Below, piece by piece: positions 20,621-29,523 of a stretch of 64,000 bases of DNA. The position numbers and the translations under genes were made by a program. How positions within the stretch are numbered: position 1 is the first letter of the stretch; each line of letters starts with the position of its first letter. The notes below the pieces were generated by a model, which worked only from the letters and a program-made list of their open reading frames with translations, was not told the DNA's origin and searched no databases. The DNA lies in the NCBI GenBank assembly GCA_902799835.1, contig CADCCF010000004.1, forward strand, positions 150,032-214,031, read 5' to 3'. Origin of the DNA: an uncultured Pseudomonadota bacterium (GTDB lineage Bacteria > Pseudomonadota > Alphaproteobacteria > RF32 > CAG-239).

Positions 20621-21307
20621 TTATTTTTTAATCCAATCTTTTAACCAAGCCGGCACAACAGGCTTGGTCAAAATCTTGTCGCCCAATCGGCTCCACCCCC
20701 CTGTGTATGAGGATGAGAGCAATTGCGATGCCTGGTAGGCAGCCAATGCCATCTTGATGCCGCGCTTGCCCTTCACATAGAAGGTATTATCAGCATAGTA
20801 AGCATCAATTTGCGGGCAGCTCTCTACCAAGCACTGAGCTGTCAGCAACGGAAAGTCGCTAAACACCAGCACTTTGGGCTTCTCATGTCCGGCCTCACGC
20901 GGATAGCGTTCCTTCAGAGCATCTGCCGCCTTCTCCACCAATCTAATGGTACGGCGAACAGCCTCCGGCTCATGGCTGGTTTGTTCCTCGAAAGAAACCA
21001 CCACAGGTAACACATCGGGAACCGCCGCCTGATTGCGCCTCACAATCTCGCCATCGTGGCTGATGAAGAGGACAATGTCCGGTGTCTCTTCCCCCAAATC
21101 CATCGAAGACTTGGTGTACAAGTCTTTTCTGTCAATGAGAGTGGGATAAAAACCCTTATTGCCCACATAGTTGATGGCATAACCATCTCCCCTTCCCAGC
21201 CATCGGGCAATACGATGGGCTATGGCGTATGCCGCCTTGTTGGCGTTGTTGTTCTTGGCATTCTTGTTCTTGCCATTGTTCTTCTGATTTTTGTTCTTGT
21301 TTGCCAT
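20621..21307 (-). CDS. Hypothetical protein with Lys/Asn-rich low-complexity N-terminus (228 aa), GC-elevated
   Basis: N-terminus MANKNKNQKNNGKNKNAKNNNANK, then a globular domain of unknown family. About 50% GC, against roughly 36% for the surrounding genome. Confidence 0.4.
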   Translation of the reverse strand: MANKNKNQKNNGKNKNAKNNNANKAAYAIAHRIARWLGRGDGYAINYVGNKGFYPTLIDRKDLYTKSSMDLGEETPDIVLFISHDGEIVRRNQAAVPDVLPVVVSFEEQTSHEPEAVRRTIRLVEKAADALKERYPREAGHEKPKVLVFSDFPLLTAQCLVESCPQIDAYYADNTFYVKGKRGIKMALAAYQASQLLSSSYTGGWSRLGDKILTKPVVPAWLKDWIKK

Positions 21308-21431
21308 AATTTTATTTTTTTATAATTATACTTTGAATTAATTCTTATTTTTGATACTCAAAAATATATCATATTTTTTAGACAAAAACAACACATTTTT
21401 TACAAAAAAGCAAAAAAAATCTTTCATCCCC

Positions 21432-21538
21432 AAAAACTGCGAAGAATAGTGTAGATAAAGCGATTTTTAGGGGCGATAAAAATTTTAGTGTAGTAAAGCC
21501 TACATGAATTTTTATCGTCCCCGTAAAATTGCTTTAGA
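21432..21538. repeat. Dispersed hairpin element, copy 1 (leader AAAACTGCGAAgAATAGTGTAGATAA plus nested inverted repeats)
   Basis: Shares the conserved leader with 29042..29133, where the stems differ but stay base-paired. Confidence 0.5.
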
Positions 21539-21557
21539 TGCGCTGTTATACGCAGTT

Positions 21558-22685
21558 TTATTTCAATTTGTCAGGATTAAGCGCCTGCAACTCTTTTGCA
21601 ACAAAAATCCCATCTTTGCGAATTAGTTTATCATCAAACCAAATCTCGCCACCGCCATGAGCTTTGTCTTGAATCAATACTAAATCCCAGTGAATCGACG
21701 AGCGATTGCCGTTAAATGTCTCGTCATTATAAGAATTGCCAATTGCCATGTGCATTGAGCAGGCAATTTTTTCATCAAACAAAATATCAAGCATTTCTTT
21801 CCTGATATAAGGATTTACCCCGATAGCAAATTCACCCATATATTTGGCGCCATCATCAACGCTGAGTTGATGTTGCATTTTGTCGTTATTGGCGCGCGAC
21901 TCGGCCTTAACAATTTTACCGTCTTTGAATTCCAAATAAATATTGGAATAAAATACTCCGTCATACAAAGTATCGGTATTAAACTGGATATGTCCGTTTA
22001 TTGAATTTTTTACCGGTGCGGTATAAACCTCACCATCGGGAATATTCATTTTTCCATCACACACAACCGCCTTTAAGCCTTTAATTGAAAAAGTCAAATC
22101 AGTGTTTGGTCCTTTGATATGCACTTCATTGGTCTTATCCATCAACTTTTTCAAAGGTAACATGGCTTTGCCCATCTTTTTATAATCAACCAAGCAACAA
22201 TTGAAATAAAAATCTTCCAATGCCTCGCGCGGCATTTTGGCAGTTGCTGCCATGGTGTTATTCGGCCAACGCATAACACACCAACGAGTTTTGGCAATCC
22301 GGCGGTCGAAATGCACTTTGTTATAAAAAATATCGCGATACATATTCATTTTTTTGACCGGAACGTCAGCTAAAGCAAACAAATCATCATGCCCGCGCAA
22401 CCCGATATAGCAGTCCATATCATCCATGAGTTTGGCATGCCATTTGGCATATTGTTCCATTTGCTCCGGAGTTGAATTAGCTATCAACTGCTTAACAAAC
22501 TCATTATCATTATAAAAATAAAACGGCGTTGCCCCCATTTTGGTTGCAATTCGCACAAATTCCCTAAGCATATCTTTGGTTGATTCGCTGAAAGCCTCAA
22601 TATAAATCTTTTCACCTTTTTTCAATGCTACCGAGTTTTTCAAAATATTCTCGGCCAATTTGGTAATTCTCTCATCTATTTTCAT
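21558..22685 (-). CDS. Aminopeptidase, M29 (AmpS/PepS-like) family
   Basis: The N-terminal ENILKNSVALKKGEKIYIEA pattern and the length are typical of leucyl aminopeptidases in the AmpS/aminopeptidase T family. Confidence 0.55.
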   Translation of the reverse strand: MKIDERITKLAENILKNSVALKKGEKIYIEAFSESTKDMLREFVRIATKMGATPFYFYNDNEFVKQLIANSTPEQMEQYAKWHAKLMDDMDCYIGLRGHDDLFALADVPVKKMNMYRDIFYNKVHFDRRIAKTRWCVMRWPNNTMAATAKMPREALEDFYFNCCLVDYKKMGKAMLPLKKLMDKTNEVHIKGPNTDLTFSIKGLKAVVCDGKMNIPDGEVYTAPVKNSINGHIQFNTDTLYDGVFYSNIYLEFKDGKIVKAESRANNDKMQHQLSVDDGAKYMGEFAIGVNPYIRKEMLDILFDEKIACSMHMAIGNSYNDETFNGNRSSIHWDLVLIQDKAHGGGEIWFDDKLIRKDGIFVAKELQALNPDKLK

Positions 22686-22687
22686 AT

Positions 22688-24109
22688 CTACATATTCCTT
22701 ATATATTCATTTAATAACTTAACTCCGAAACCTGCCGCCAAGCCTTTATTATCCATTCGCATATTACTCATATCAATATGCGCCCATTTGGTGCCTTTTT
22801 CAACAAACTCCGCCAAAAATGCTGCCGACACTATTGAAGCTTTGGCATCCGGTGCCACATTTTTAATATCGGCAACTGTTGAATCCAAAGCTTTTCGGTA
22901 TTGTTTATTAAGCGGCATCCGCCATAGTCTCTCGCCGCTTTCCTCGCTTGCTTTTAACAATTCATCAGCCAACCTATCATCATTGGCAAACATCCCGCCG
23001 TAAACTTTGCCCAAAACTCCGTTAAGCGAACCTAAAGTCGTAACGTCAATTATTCTTTTAACCTTATAGTTTTTTTGCATATAGCTTAAGCCATCAGCCA
23101 CGATCAAACGCCCTTCGGCATCGGTATTGTTAACCTCAACCGTTTTCCCCGCGTAAGAAGTATAAACATCACCGACTTTCATTGCATTACCGTCGGGCAT
23201 ATTTTCAACCAAAGCCACCATTGCCAATAGATTCTTTTTGGTCCTTTGCAAAGCTGCCGTCTTCATTGTAGCTACCACTGCCGCCGCACCACTCATATCC
23301 TGTTTCATCTCCAACATTCCTTGTGTGGTCTTCAAACTCAGTCCGCCGGCATCAAAACACACACCTTTGCCCACCAAGCCCAAATCATATTCTTTGGCCT
23401 TGCGATTGCCGCGCCACGAAATGACTACCAACTTTGGCTCGTTAGCGGCACCCTTGCCGACTGCCTCAATCAGACCTAACCCTTTTAAGTGCAAATTATC
23501 TTTATCTAAAATCTCAACATCCAGCCCTAAATATTCCAGTCGCTTAATATCACGCGCAAAAATTTCCGGTGTCAGACAATTTGCCGGCTCATTACACAAA
23601 TCTCTGGCATAGCGTACACCGGTATAAAGTGCCACATAATTTTTATAAGTCTCAGTTGCTTTTTTTTCATTTTTTACTTTAACAATCAATTGTTCCAATA
23701 CCGGAAAATCTTCCGGTTTTTTATTGGTTTTGTATTTATCAAAACTGTAAGATGCTTGCAAAACACCAAACACAACCTCTAATGCCGCCGCGTCATTTGA
23801 TACCAAAATCAATGCCTTTTCTTCTTTTTCAATTTTGCTATAGAGATTGCGTCCGGCCTCTTGCCAATCAAGTTTTGCAACATTCTCTCCCAAACCGTAA
23901 AGCACTATCGACAAACCATCTTGCCAAAAGGTAATGATCTTGCCCTTTTCCGGCTTAAAACCTTGCAATTTGGCCTGCTCTTTATAAATTGCAGGAATTT
24001 TATCTTTTTTACTCAAAACAAAAACTTTGGTTTTAACATCTTCCTTTGGTTTGGCGGTCAAAATAACTTCCAGCATCTTTTGCGATTCCTTTTTTGTTGC
24101 AACTGGCAT
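22688..24109 (-). CDS. pepA: Leucyl aminopeptidase (M17)
   Basis: M17 signature NTDAEGRL. Size 473 aa. Confidence 0.9.
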   Translation of the reverse strand: MPVATKKESQKMLEVILTAKPKEDVKTKVFVLSKKDKIPAIYKEQAKLQGFKPEKGKIITFWQDGLSIVLYGLGENVAKLDWQEAGRNLYSKIEKEEKALILVSNDAAALEVVFGVLQASYSFDKYKTNKKPEDFPVLEQLIVKVKNEKKATETYKNYVALYTGVRYARDLCNEPANCLTPEIFARDIKRLEYLGLDVEILDKDNLHLKGLGLIEAVGKGAANEPKLVVISWRGNRKAKEYDLGLVGKGVCFDAGGLSLKTTQGMLEMKQDMSGAAAVVATMKTAALQRTKKNLLAMVALVENMPDGNAMKVGDVYTSYAGKTVEVNNTDAEGRLIVADGLSYMQKNYKVKRIIDVTTLGSLNGVLGKVYGGMFANDDRLADELLKASEESGERLWRMPLNKQYRKALDSTVADIKNVAPDAKASIVSAAFLAEFVEKGTKWAHIDMSNMRMDNKGLAAGFGVKLLNEYIRNM

Positions 24110-24187
24110 AATTATAAAGTCAAATCGTTAAAATAAAACAAACATTATTTGACAAATCACACTTTTAGGTTATAGATAACTTTTATT

Positions 24188-25135
24188 ATGAGTAATATTT
24201 TAGAATTTAATGAACAAAATCTGACCATCGCCGCCACTACCATTAAAAAAGGCGGTTTAGTCGCTTTTCCCACCGAGACGGTCTATGGTCTCGGGGCTGA
24301 TTCATATAATGCTAAAGCTGTTGCGCAAATTTTTGCCGCCAAAGGTCGCCCGACATTTAATCCTCTCATCTCACATATCGCCGAAATTGATATGCTCAAA
24401 GAATTAGCCGTTCCCGATGCCAGAGCTTATGCCTTGGCCAAGGAATTTTGGCCCGGACCTTTAACTTTTATTTTGCCACGCAGGACATCCAACTCGGCTC
24501 TTGATTTAGTTTGTGCCGGACTGCCTAATATCTCGGTGAGAATGCCTAATCATCCGATTGCACTTGCCTTAATCAAACAAAGCGGCACCCCGATTGCTGC
24601 TCCCTCGGCCAATCGTTCCCAAACTATTTCTCCCACCACTGCACAACATGTTGCCGATTCTTTAGGTGATAATGTTGATGTCATCCTTGACGGTGGCGCT
24701 TGCAAGGTCGGAGTTGAATCTACCATTATTGATTTGACAACCAAAGATGTAGTAATATTGCGCGCCGGCGGACTATCCAAAGAAAATTTAGAAGAATTTT
24801 TAGGTGAAAAAGTTTTGCTATCCCATGGCAATCCTGAGCTTCCCACTTCACCCGGACAAATGCTCAAGCATTATGCGCCCAAACTTTCCACTCGAATCAA
24901 TGTTGCCCCTACCGACCGCCAATCTGATGAATTTTACATTGGTTTCGGCGACATGGATTGCGATTTGAATTTAAGTCCGACAGGTGATACTACCGAAGCC
25001 GCGGCTAATTTATTTGCCTACATGCATTTGGCTGAGACACAAACCACCTACCCCAAAATTGCTATCGCCCCTATTCCCAATAATGGCTTGGGTTTAGCAA
25101 TTAACGACCGCATACGTCGTGCTTCTTACAAATAA
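24188..25135 (+). CDS. tsaC: L-threonylcarbamoyladenylate synthase (Sua5/YrdC long form)
   Basis: YrdC domain motif GGLVAFPTETVYGLGAD plus a Sua5 C-terminal domain. Confidence 0.85.
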   Translation: MSNILEFNEQNLTIAATTIKKGGLVAFPTETVYGLGADSYNAKAVAQIFAAKGRPTFNPLISHIAEIDMLKELAVPDARAYALAKEFWPGPLTFILPRRTSNSALDLVCAGLPNISVRMPNHPIALALIKQSGTPIAAPSANRSQTISPTTAQHVADSLGDNVDVILDGGACKVGVESTIIDLTTKDVVILRAGGLSKENLEEFLGEKVLLSHGNPELPTSPGQMLKHYAPKLSTRINVAPTDRQSDEFYIGFGDMDCDLNLSPTGDTTEAAANLFAYMHLAETQTTYPKIAIAPIPNNGLGLAINDRIRRASYK

Positions 25136-25244
25136 AACTCCATTAAATACGACTCGCAAACCCATGCAGCACCATTATACCTCAGCTTTTGATATTTAAA
25201 ATCAATATGCTGTTAACTTATTGATTTTACTTAATATATTTCAT

Positions 25245-25273
25245 TTGACAACCACGGCAAAATGTGGTATATT
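25245..25273 (+). promoter_or_regulatory. Near-consensus sigma-70 promoter (TTGACA-17-TGgTATATT)
   Basis: TTGACA, a 17-nt spacer ending in TGG, then TATATT. Lies upstream of the small ORF at 25416. Confidence 0.5.
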
Positions 25274-25415
25274 ATGAGTGTAAATGATTATTAATTCGCT
25301 ATAGATATAAATGAGTTCTGTTTCTGGTTTTTACTGGTTATAGGGTTTGTTCATTTCTAAAGTGACTAATAATCATTTTTTTTTATGAATATTAACCCAT
25401 TAAACACATAAAAAC

Positions 25416-25655
25416 ATGAAAGAAACTAGAATTCTGCCTATTATCATAGGTGCCTTAACAGGTTTGAGCGTCTCCCAGAGCATTATGATTGCAAAAAACA
25501 GGGGCGACGAACAAATTGTTACCGAGGTCATCACCTCCACCTCGGAAGAAACAATCATTAAAACAGAGGAGGGAATCTTTAGTATCTCCGACGACAACGT
25601 CGTCGTAGGCGATACAATCTTCCTCCGCGGAGGAAAGAAATATAAGAAAGTTTAA
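25416..25655 (+). CDS. Small membrane protein (79 aa, hypothetical)
   Basis: N-terminal transmembrane helix. Strong promoter upstream and a terminator at 25664-25702 downstream. Confidence 0.35.
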   Translation: MKETRILPIIIGALTGLSVSQSIMIAKNRGDEQIVTEVITSTSEETIIKTEEGIFSISDDNVVVGDTIFLRGGKKYKKV

Positions 25656-25783
25656 ACAGATAAAGAATAGGGCCATCCGTGAGGACCGCCCTTTTCTTTT
25701 TTTAAACTTTGATAGAGTCACGCACGAAGGCTTGCTTCTAAAGTATAAAAAAAAGGGCTGATTAGCCCTTTTTTTTATTAATA

Positions 25784-26572
25784 TTACATGGTTCGTTGAG
25801 GTTGCCTGGTAACCAAATTTAGTTTAGAAGCATTATGATGTTGTTTATCCATATCTTTAAGTGCCTGATGCAATTCACGCATGTTATCAAATACACCATC
25901 AACTCCAAGTTTTTTACACTCACTTATGTATTCAGCATTATTATTGGCTACCGCTCCGACAAAGGCAAACACCCTCATTCCCGCAGCTTTAGCTGCCATT
26001 ATACCATCGATAGAATCCTCTATTACTATCGCATCTTTGGGATCAAATCCCATACTTCTGGCTGCACATTTAAATATATCAGGCTCCGGCTTACCTTTTT
26101 TTACATCAGGCATATCTGCCGTAAAACAATTTACGCCCCATGTAAAATATTTATCAATTCCAACCGTACCATTTTTAGTATCACTTTGCTCATGGTTAGC
26201 ACCTGTTGCAATACATTGCTTAAATCTCTTATCCTTAAATATCTCTTCAACTCCGGGAGTTAATTTCAGTCTTTTTTTATCATTCATTGCTTTATTGTGT
26301 AGAATGTTAAGTGTTTTCATGAAATAATCGTCAATAAGCTTTTCCGGAACATTATTGCCAAATTTTTTACTTAATACATTTCCAAATGCTTTAGGTAATT
26401 CAGCTTCCAATCTCATGGCTTTATCATTTTCCGATATTCCAATTAGCCAAGATCTTTTCTGTTTTTCGGTCAATTCTATACCATATCTATCTTTCAAAAC
26501 TGTTGCCCAGTTCTCAGCCCATATGTAATCACTGTCACAAATTACGCCGTCAAAATCCCATATAACCAACAT
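25784..26572 (-). CDS. HAD-superfamily hydrolase
   Basis: HAD motif I at the N-terminus (MLVIWDFDGVICDSD). Bidirectional terminator hairpin AGGGCTGATTAGCCCT downstream. Confidence 0.6.
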   Translation of the reverse strand: MLVIWDFDGVICDSDYIWAENWATVLKDRYGIELTEKQKRSWLIGISENDKAMRLEAELPKAFGNVLSKKFGNNVPEKLIDDYFMKTLNILHNKAMNDKKRLKLTPGVEEIFKDKRFKQCIATGANHEQSDTKNGTVGIDKYFTWGVNCFTADMPDVKKGKPEPDIFKCAARSMGFDPKDAIVIEDSIDGIMAAKAAGMRVFAFVGAVANNNAEYISECKKLGVDGVFDNMRELHQALKDMDKQHHNASKLNLVTRQPQRTM

Positions 26573-26659
26573 ATTATCTTCCCTCCTATAAAATTTTATT
26601 TATATCGGCAATATTACCATAATTTAACATATATTGCAATACCCAAACGCCTAAAAATG

Positions 26660-27886
26660 TTATACCATATCAGGTTCAGGAATGACTTCCGGCTCAGGCT
26701 CCGGTTTTTTGAAGAAATGATGTTGCAATTGGAACACTAAAGCTCCCCATAAGGCTGACAATCCCGATCCGCATAAAATTCCCAATCTGATTTCTGCCTG
26801 CATATCATAAGGCAAAGACAATTTTCCGACAAACAATGCCATCGTAAAACCGATACCGGCAATAGATGCCACGCCATACAAATCAAGCTTACTTACCGTA
26901 TCAGGAAATTTTGCCAATCCCGTTTTTACCATCAACCAAGTAGTTGTAAAAATACCGATCTGTTTACCCAAAAACAACCCGAAAATAATACCTAAAGTCA
27001 AAGTATGAGTAAATGTTTCCGCTGTAACATTACCAAGATACAACCCGGCCGAAGCAAAAGCAAACACCGGTAAAATAATCAAATCAACCCATGGTTTTAA
27101 TTTGTGCATCAAACGCTCTAACGGCGAATATTTTTTGATATTAACCCGCATCGGATAGGCCATTGCTACCACCACTCCGGCCATAGTGGTATGAATACCG
27201 CCATTCAAAAAGCAATACCACAATGCCACCCCGAAAAACATATACAACGAAAAATTGGTAAACTGCATACGATTGAGCAAATAAAGACCTACGCAGGCCA
27301 AACTGGCATAGCCTAACAAATCAATTGATACACCTTTGTTGTAGAATAATGCAATAATCAAAATTGCCCCTAAGTCATCAAAAATCGCAATTGCTAAAAG
27401 AAAAATCTTGGCGGCCTTAGGTATTGCCCCACCAACCAGCATCAAAACACAAACCGCAAAAGCAATATCGGTTGCCGTAGGTATTGCCCAACCATTAGCA
27501 TATTGTTCCGAATTATAATTAAAAGCAAAATAAATTAAAGCCGGACAAATAATACCACCGGCAGCGGCTATTGCCGGCACAAAAATTTGTTTGATATCCG
27601 AAAGAAATCCCTCACGCATCTCACGTTTGAGTTCCAATCCCACTTGCAAAAAGAAAAATACCATCAAAACGTCATTAACCCACCATTCTAACGGACGTGA
27701 AAATTCCACATCGCTTAGACCTACGAATAACTTGACATTCCAAAATTCATATACCTTATAATGTAAATCGCTGTTAGCACACCAAATCGAGGCAATCATT
27801 GCCGCAATCATCAAAACACCGCTGGTCATTTCATTATAAATAATCTTTTCCAGCCATTCTCTTAGATTCATTTTTCTCACCTGCAA
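26660..27886 (-). CDS. nhaA: Na+/H+ antiporter NhaA
   Basis: N-terminal EKIIYNEMTSGVLMIAAMIASIWCANS and a 12-TM profile typical of NhaA. Confidence 0.85.
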   Translation of the reverse strand: MQVRKMNLREWLEKIIYNEMTSGVLMIAAMIASIWCANSDLHYKVYEFWNVKLFVGLSDVEFSRPLEWWVNDVLMVFFFLQVGLELKREMREGFLSDIKQIFVPAIAAAGGIICPALIYFAFNYNSEQYANGWAIPTATDIAFAVCVLMLVGGAIPKAAKIFLLAIAIFDDLGAILIIALFYNKGVSIDLLGYASLACVGLYLLNRMQFTNFSLYMFFGVALWYCFLNGGIHTTMAGVVVAMAYPMRVNIKKYSPLERLMHKLKPWVDLIILPVFAFASAGLYLGNVTAETFTHTLTLGIIFGLFLGKQIGIFTTTWLMVKTGLAKFPDTVSKLDLYGVASIAGIGFTMALFVGKLSLPYDMQAEIRLGILCGSGLSALWGALVFQLQHHFFKKPEPEPEVIPEPDMV

Positions 27887-28065
27887 ATTAAAGCTAAAAT
27901 CTCTGACTATTATATAATGCCGAAATATTTAATATTTTATAAAAAACAACAAATAAAACTCTTAAAAAACGACTCGAAAAATTGCATGGTATTATTATAC
28001 CATTAAATCTGATATTAAAATTAAATAATTTTCATATCTTATTGATTTTAATTGATAAAAAAAAT

Positions 28066-28094
28066 TTGACAAAATATATAAATTATGGTATATT
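28066..28094 (+). promoter_or_regulatory. Near-consensus sigma-70 promoter (TTGACA-17-TGgTATATT) reading into the ORF-free region
   Basis: Same architecture as the promoter at 25245, including the ATGGTATATTA -10 region. A 7-bp-arm palindrome ATGGTATtattATACCAT lies upstream at 27993-28013. Confidence 0.5.
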
Positions 28095-28332
28095 AATAAT
28101 CGATAACTTATTATTAATATTTATTTTTGGTAAATAGGACTCAGTCACTTTTAATTCGACCTTTGTGTTCAAGCCATTTATCCTGCTTGAAGTCTGAAGT
28201 CATCACCCTATATTATTTTGATGTTTGGTTAACATTGTAAATAAATAGTATGATGCTTTATAAAAGAATTAAAAAACAAAGAAGCCCGGGAGTTTACCAA
28301 GAGAAGCATTTTGAAAGCAAAGATACAAAATG

Positions 28333-28461
28333 AAAACTAGAGAAACAAATTTAATTTGTTTCTTGCCATCACAACATCAGTTGAGATAGGCGTGCCGTAT
28401 GGCCGAACACATCAGTGTTACGCAGTTTCCATTTTTTTGCCGGATGAGTAAGTCTTACAAG
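28333..28461 (+). ncRNA. Candidate structured RNA element, tandem copy 1
   Basis: Identical core GTTTCTTGCCATCACAACATCAGTTGAGATAGGCGTGCCGTATGG, then the hairpin AACAC-atca-GTGTT. No ORF. Lies downstream of a strong promoter. Confidence 0.3.
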
Positions 28462-28703
28462 TGGACGTTCTAGAAAAAAGGATCTGTAATCATTTATCTG
28501 CTTGCAGATAAAAAACAGTAAGCCTTTCCACCTCTGAAAAAAAATGAAATTTCAACAATCTAAGGATCTGTAATCCCTTTATCCTCTCTCGGATTATTGG
28601 CGAAAATAATCTGATTGCCGATAGAGTAACAGCAAACCTTAGAAAGAGAAAAAAACTGATTTTGTCTCGGGAAAGCATTTCGAGAACAGAAATCAAAGAA
28701 TTA

Positions 28704-28846
28704 AACTAGAGAAATACAAGAACTAACCACTCCTGTGTTTCTTGCCATCACAACATCAGTTGAGATAGGCGTGCCGTATGGTCGAGCACAACAGTGCTAC
28801 GCAGTTTAATTTTGAGATTTTTGTTTAAGAATGTAAGTCTTAAAAA
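28704..28846 (+). ncRNA. Candidate structured RNA element, tandem copy 2
   Basis: Same leader (AAACTAGAGAAA) and core as copy 1. The hairpin is AGCAC-aaca-GTGCT, which is compensatory relative to copy 1. Confidence 0.3.
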
Positions 28847-29041
28847 TGAATGGGCAATAACTTATTTATCTACCCTCCTCATTTCCGTGAAAAACAGGAA
28901 AAAAAACCTCTCTTCAAATAGTCAGCACAAGACTAAAAGAAGGGAGGTTTATCTTTTTAAACTGTTTCCTTATCCCTAAAAAATTCGCACAATACCATTA
29001 TACAAACTTAAAAAAGTTCGGATAGTAAGGCGGATAATAAG

Positions 29042-29133
29042 AAAACTGCGAATAGCTCGTGTAGATAATAAGAAACTTCCTAAAAAGTGAAGGAAGTGTA
29101 CTTTAAGCGTACATGACCGAACTTTTTAGGAAG
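29042..29133. repeat. Dispersed hairpin element, copy 2 (leader AAAACTGCGAAtAGCTCGTGTAGATAA plus nested inverted repeats)
   Basis: Outer stem CTTCCTAAAAAGT/ACTTTTTAGGAAG. Inner stem TGTAC/GTACA. Leader is shared with copy 1. Confidence 0.5.
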
Positions 29134-29178
29134 CTTCTGTATTAGATACCAGCTAGACGCAATTTTACCACGAACTTT

Positions 29179-29523
29179 TTAATCTACGTAAATTACGTCA
29201 TCATCCGTATCACTCACACATTGGCGAGTAACCGTGCCTTTTTTGCGTGATACCACGGTGTAACACTTGTTTTCCGGTTCAGCAATATAAACCTTTGGTT
29301 GTTGCACCTGTACAACTCTGGGACGAGTTGAAGCAACAATAGCATCAGCCAAAGCAACACCGGCTAAAGTCCCCAAGACGACATTACCAAAATGACGTCC
29401 TCCATGGTGATGAGTGTGATAATGAAAACCACCCCCATGCCAGCCGCCGTGCCAACCGCCTCTTGCCTGAGCCGGAGCGGCCATTGCCATGCAAACCATC
29501 AAAGCAATTATCAATTTTTTCAT
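29179..29523 (-). CDS. Secreted Gly/His-rich protein (possible metal-binding)
   Basis: Signal peptide, then GGWHGGWHGGGFHYHTHHHGG. Confidence 0.45.
   Translation of the reverse strand: MKKLIIALMVCMAMAAPAQARGGWHGGWHGGGFHYHTHHHGGRHFGNVVLGTLAGVALADAIVASTRPRVVQVQQPKVYIAEPENKCYTVVSRKKGTVTRQCVSDTDDDVIYVD

Noticed and set aside
28333-28846. Possible CRISPR array (repeated elements in an ORF-free region)
   Set aside because: Only two copies. The repeat unit is about 70-130 nt with a roughly 371-bp period. There is no short regular repeat-spacer structure and there are no cas genes.
27887-29178. tmRNA, RNase P RNA or SRP RNA hidden in the large intergenic region
   Set aside because: I found no tag-peptide reading frame (ANDN...-type), no RNase P GGAAAGTCCGG box and no SRP GGUCAGGUCCGGAAGG motif by eye. 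It remains a candidate for novel RNA rather than a known one. An Infernal scan would settle it.
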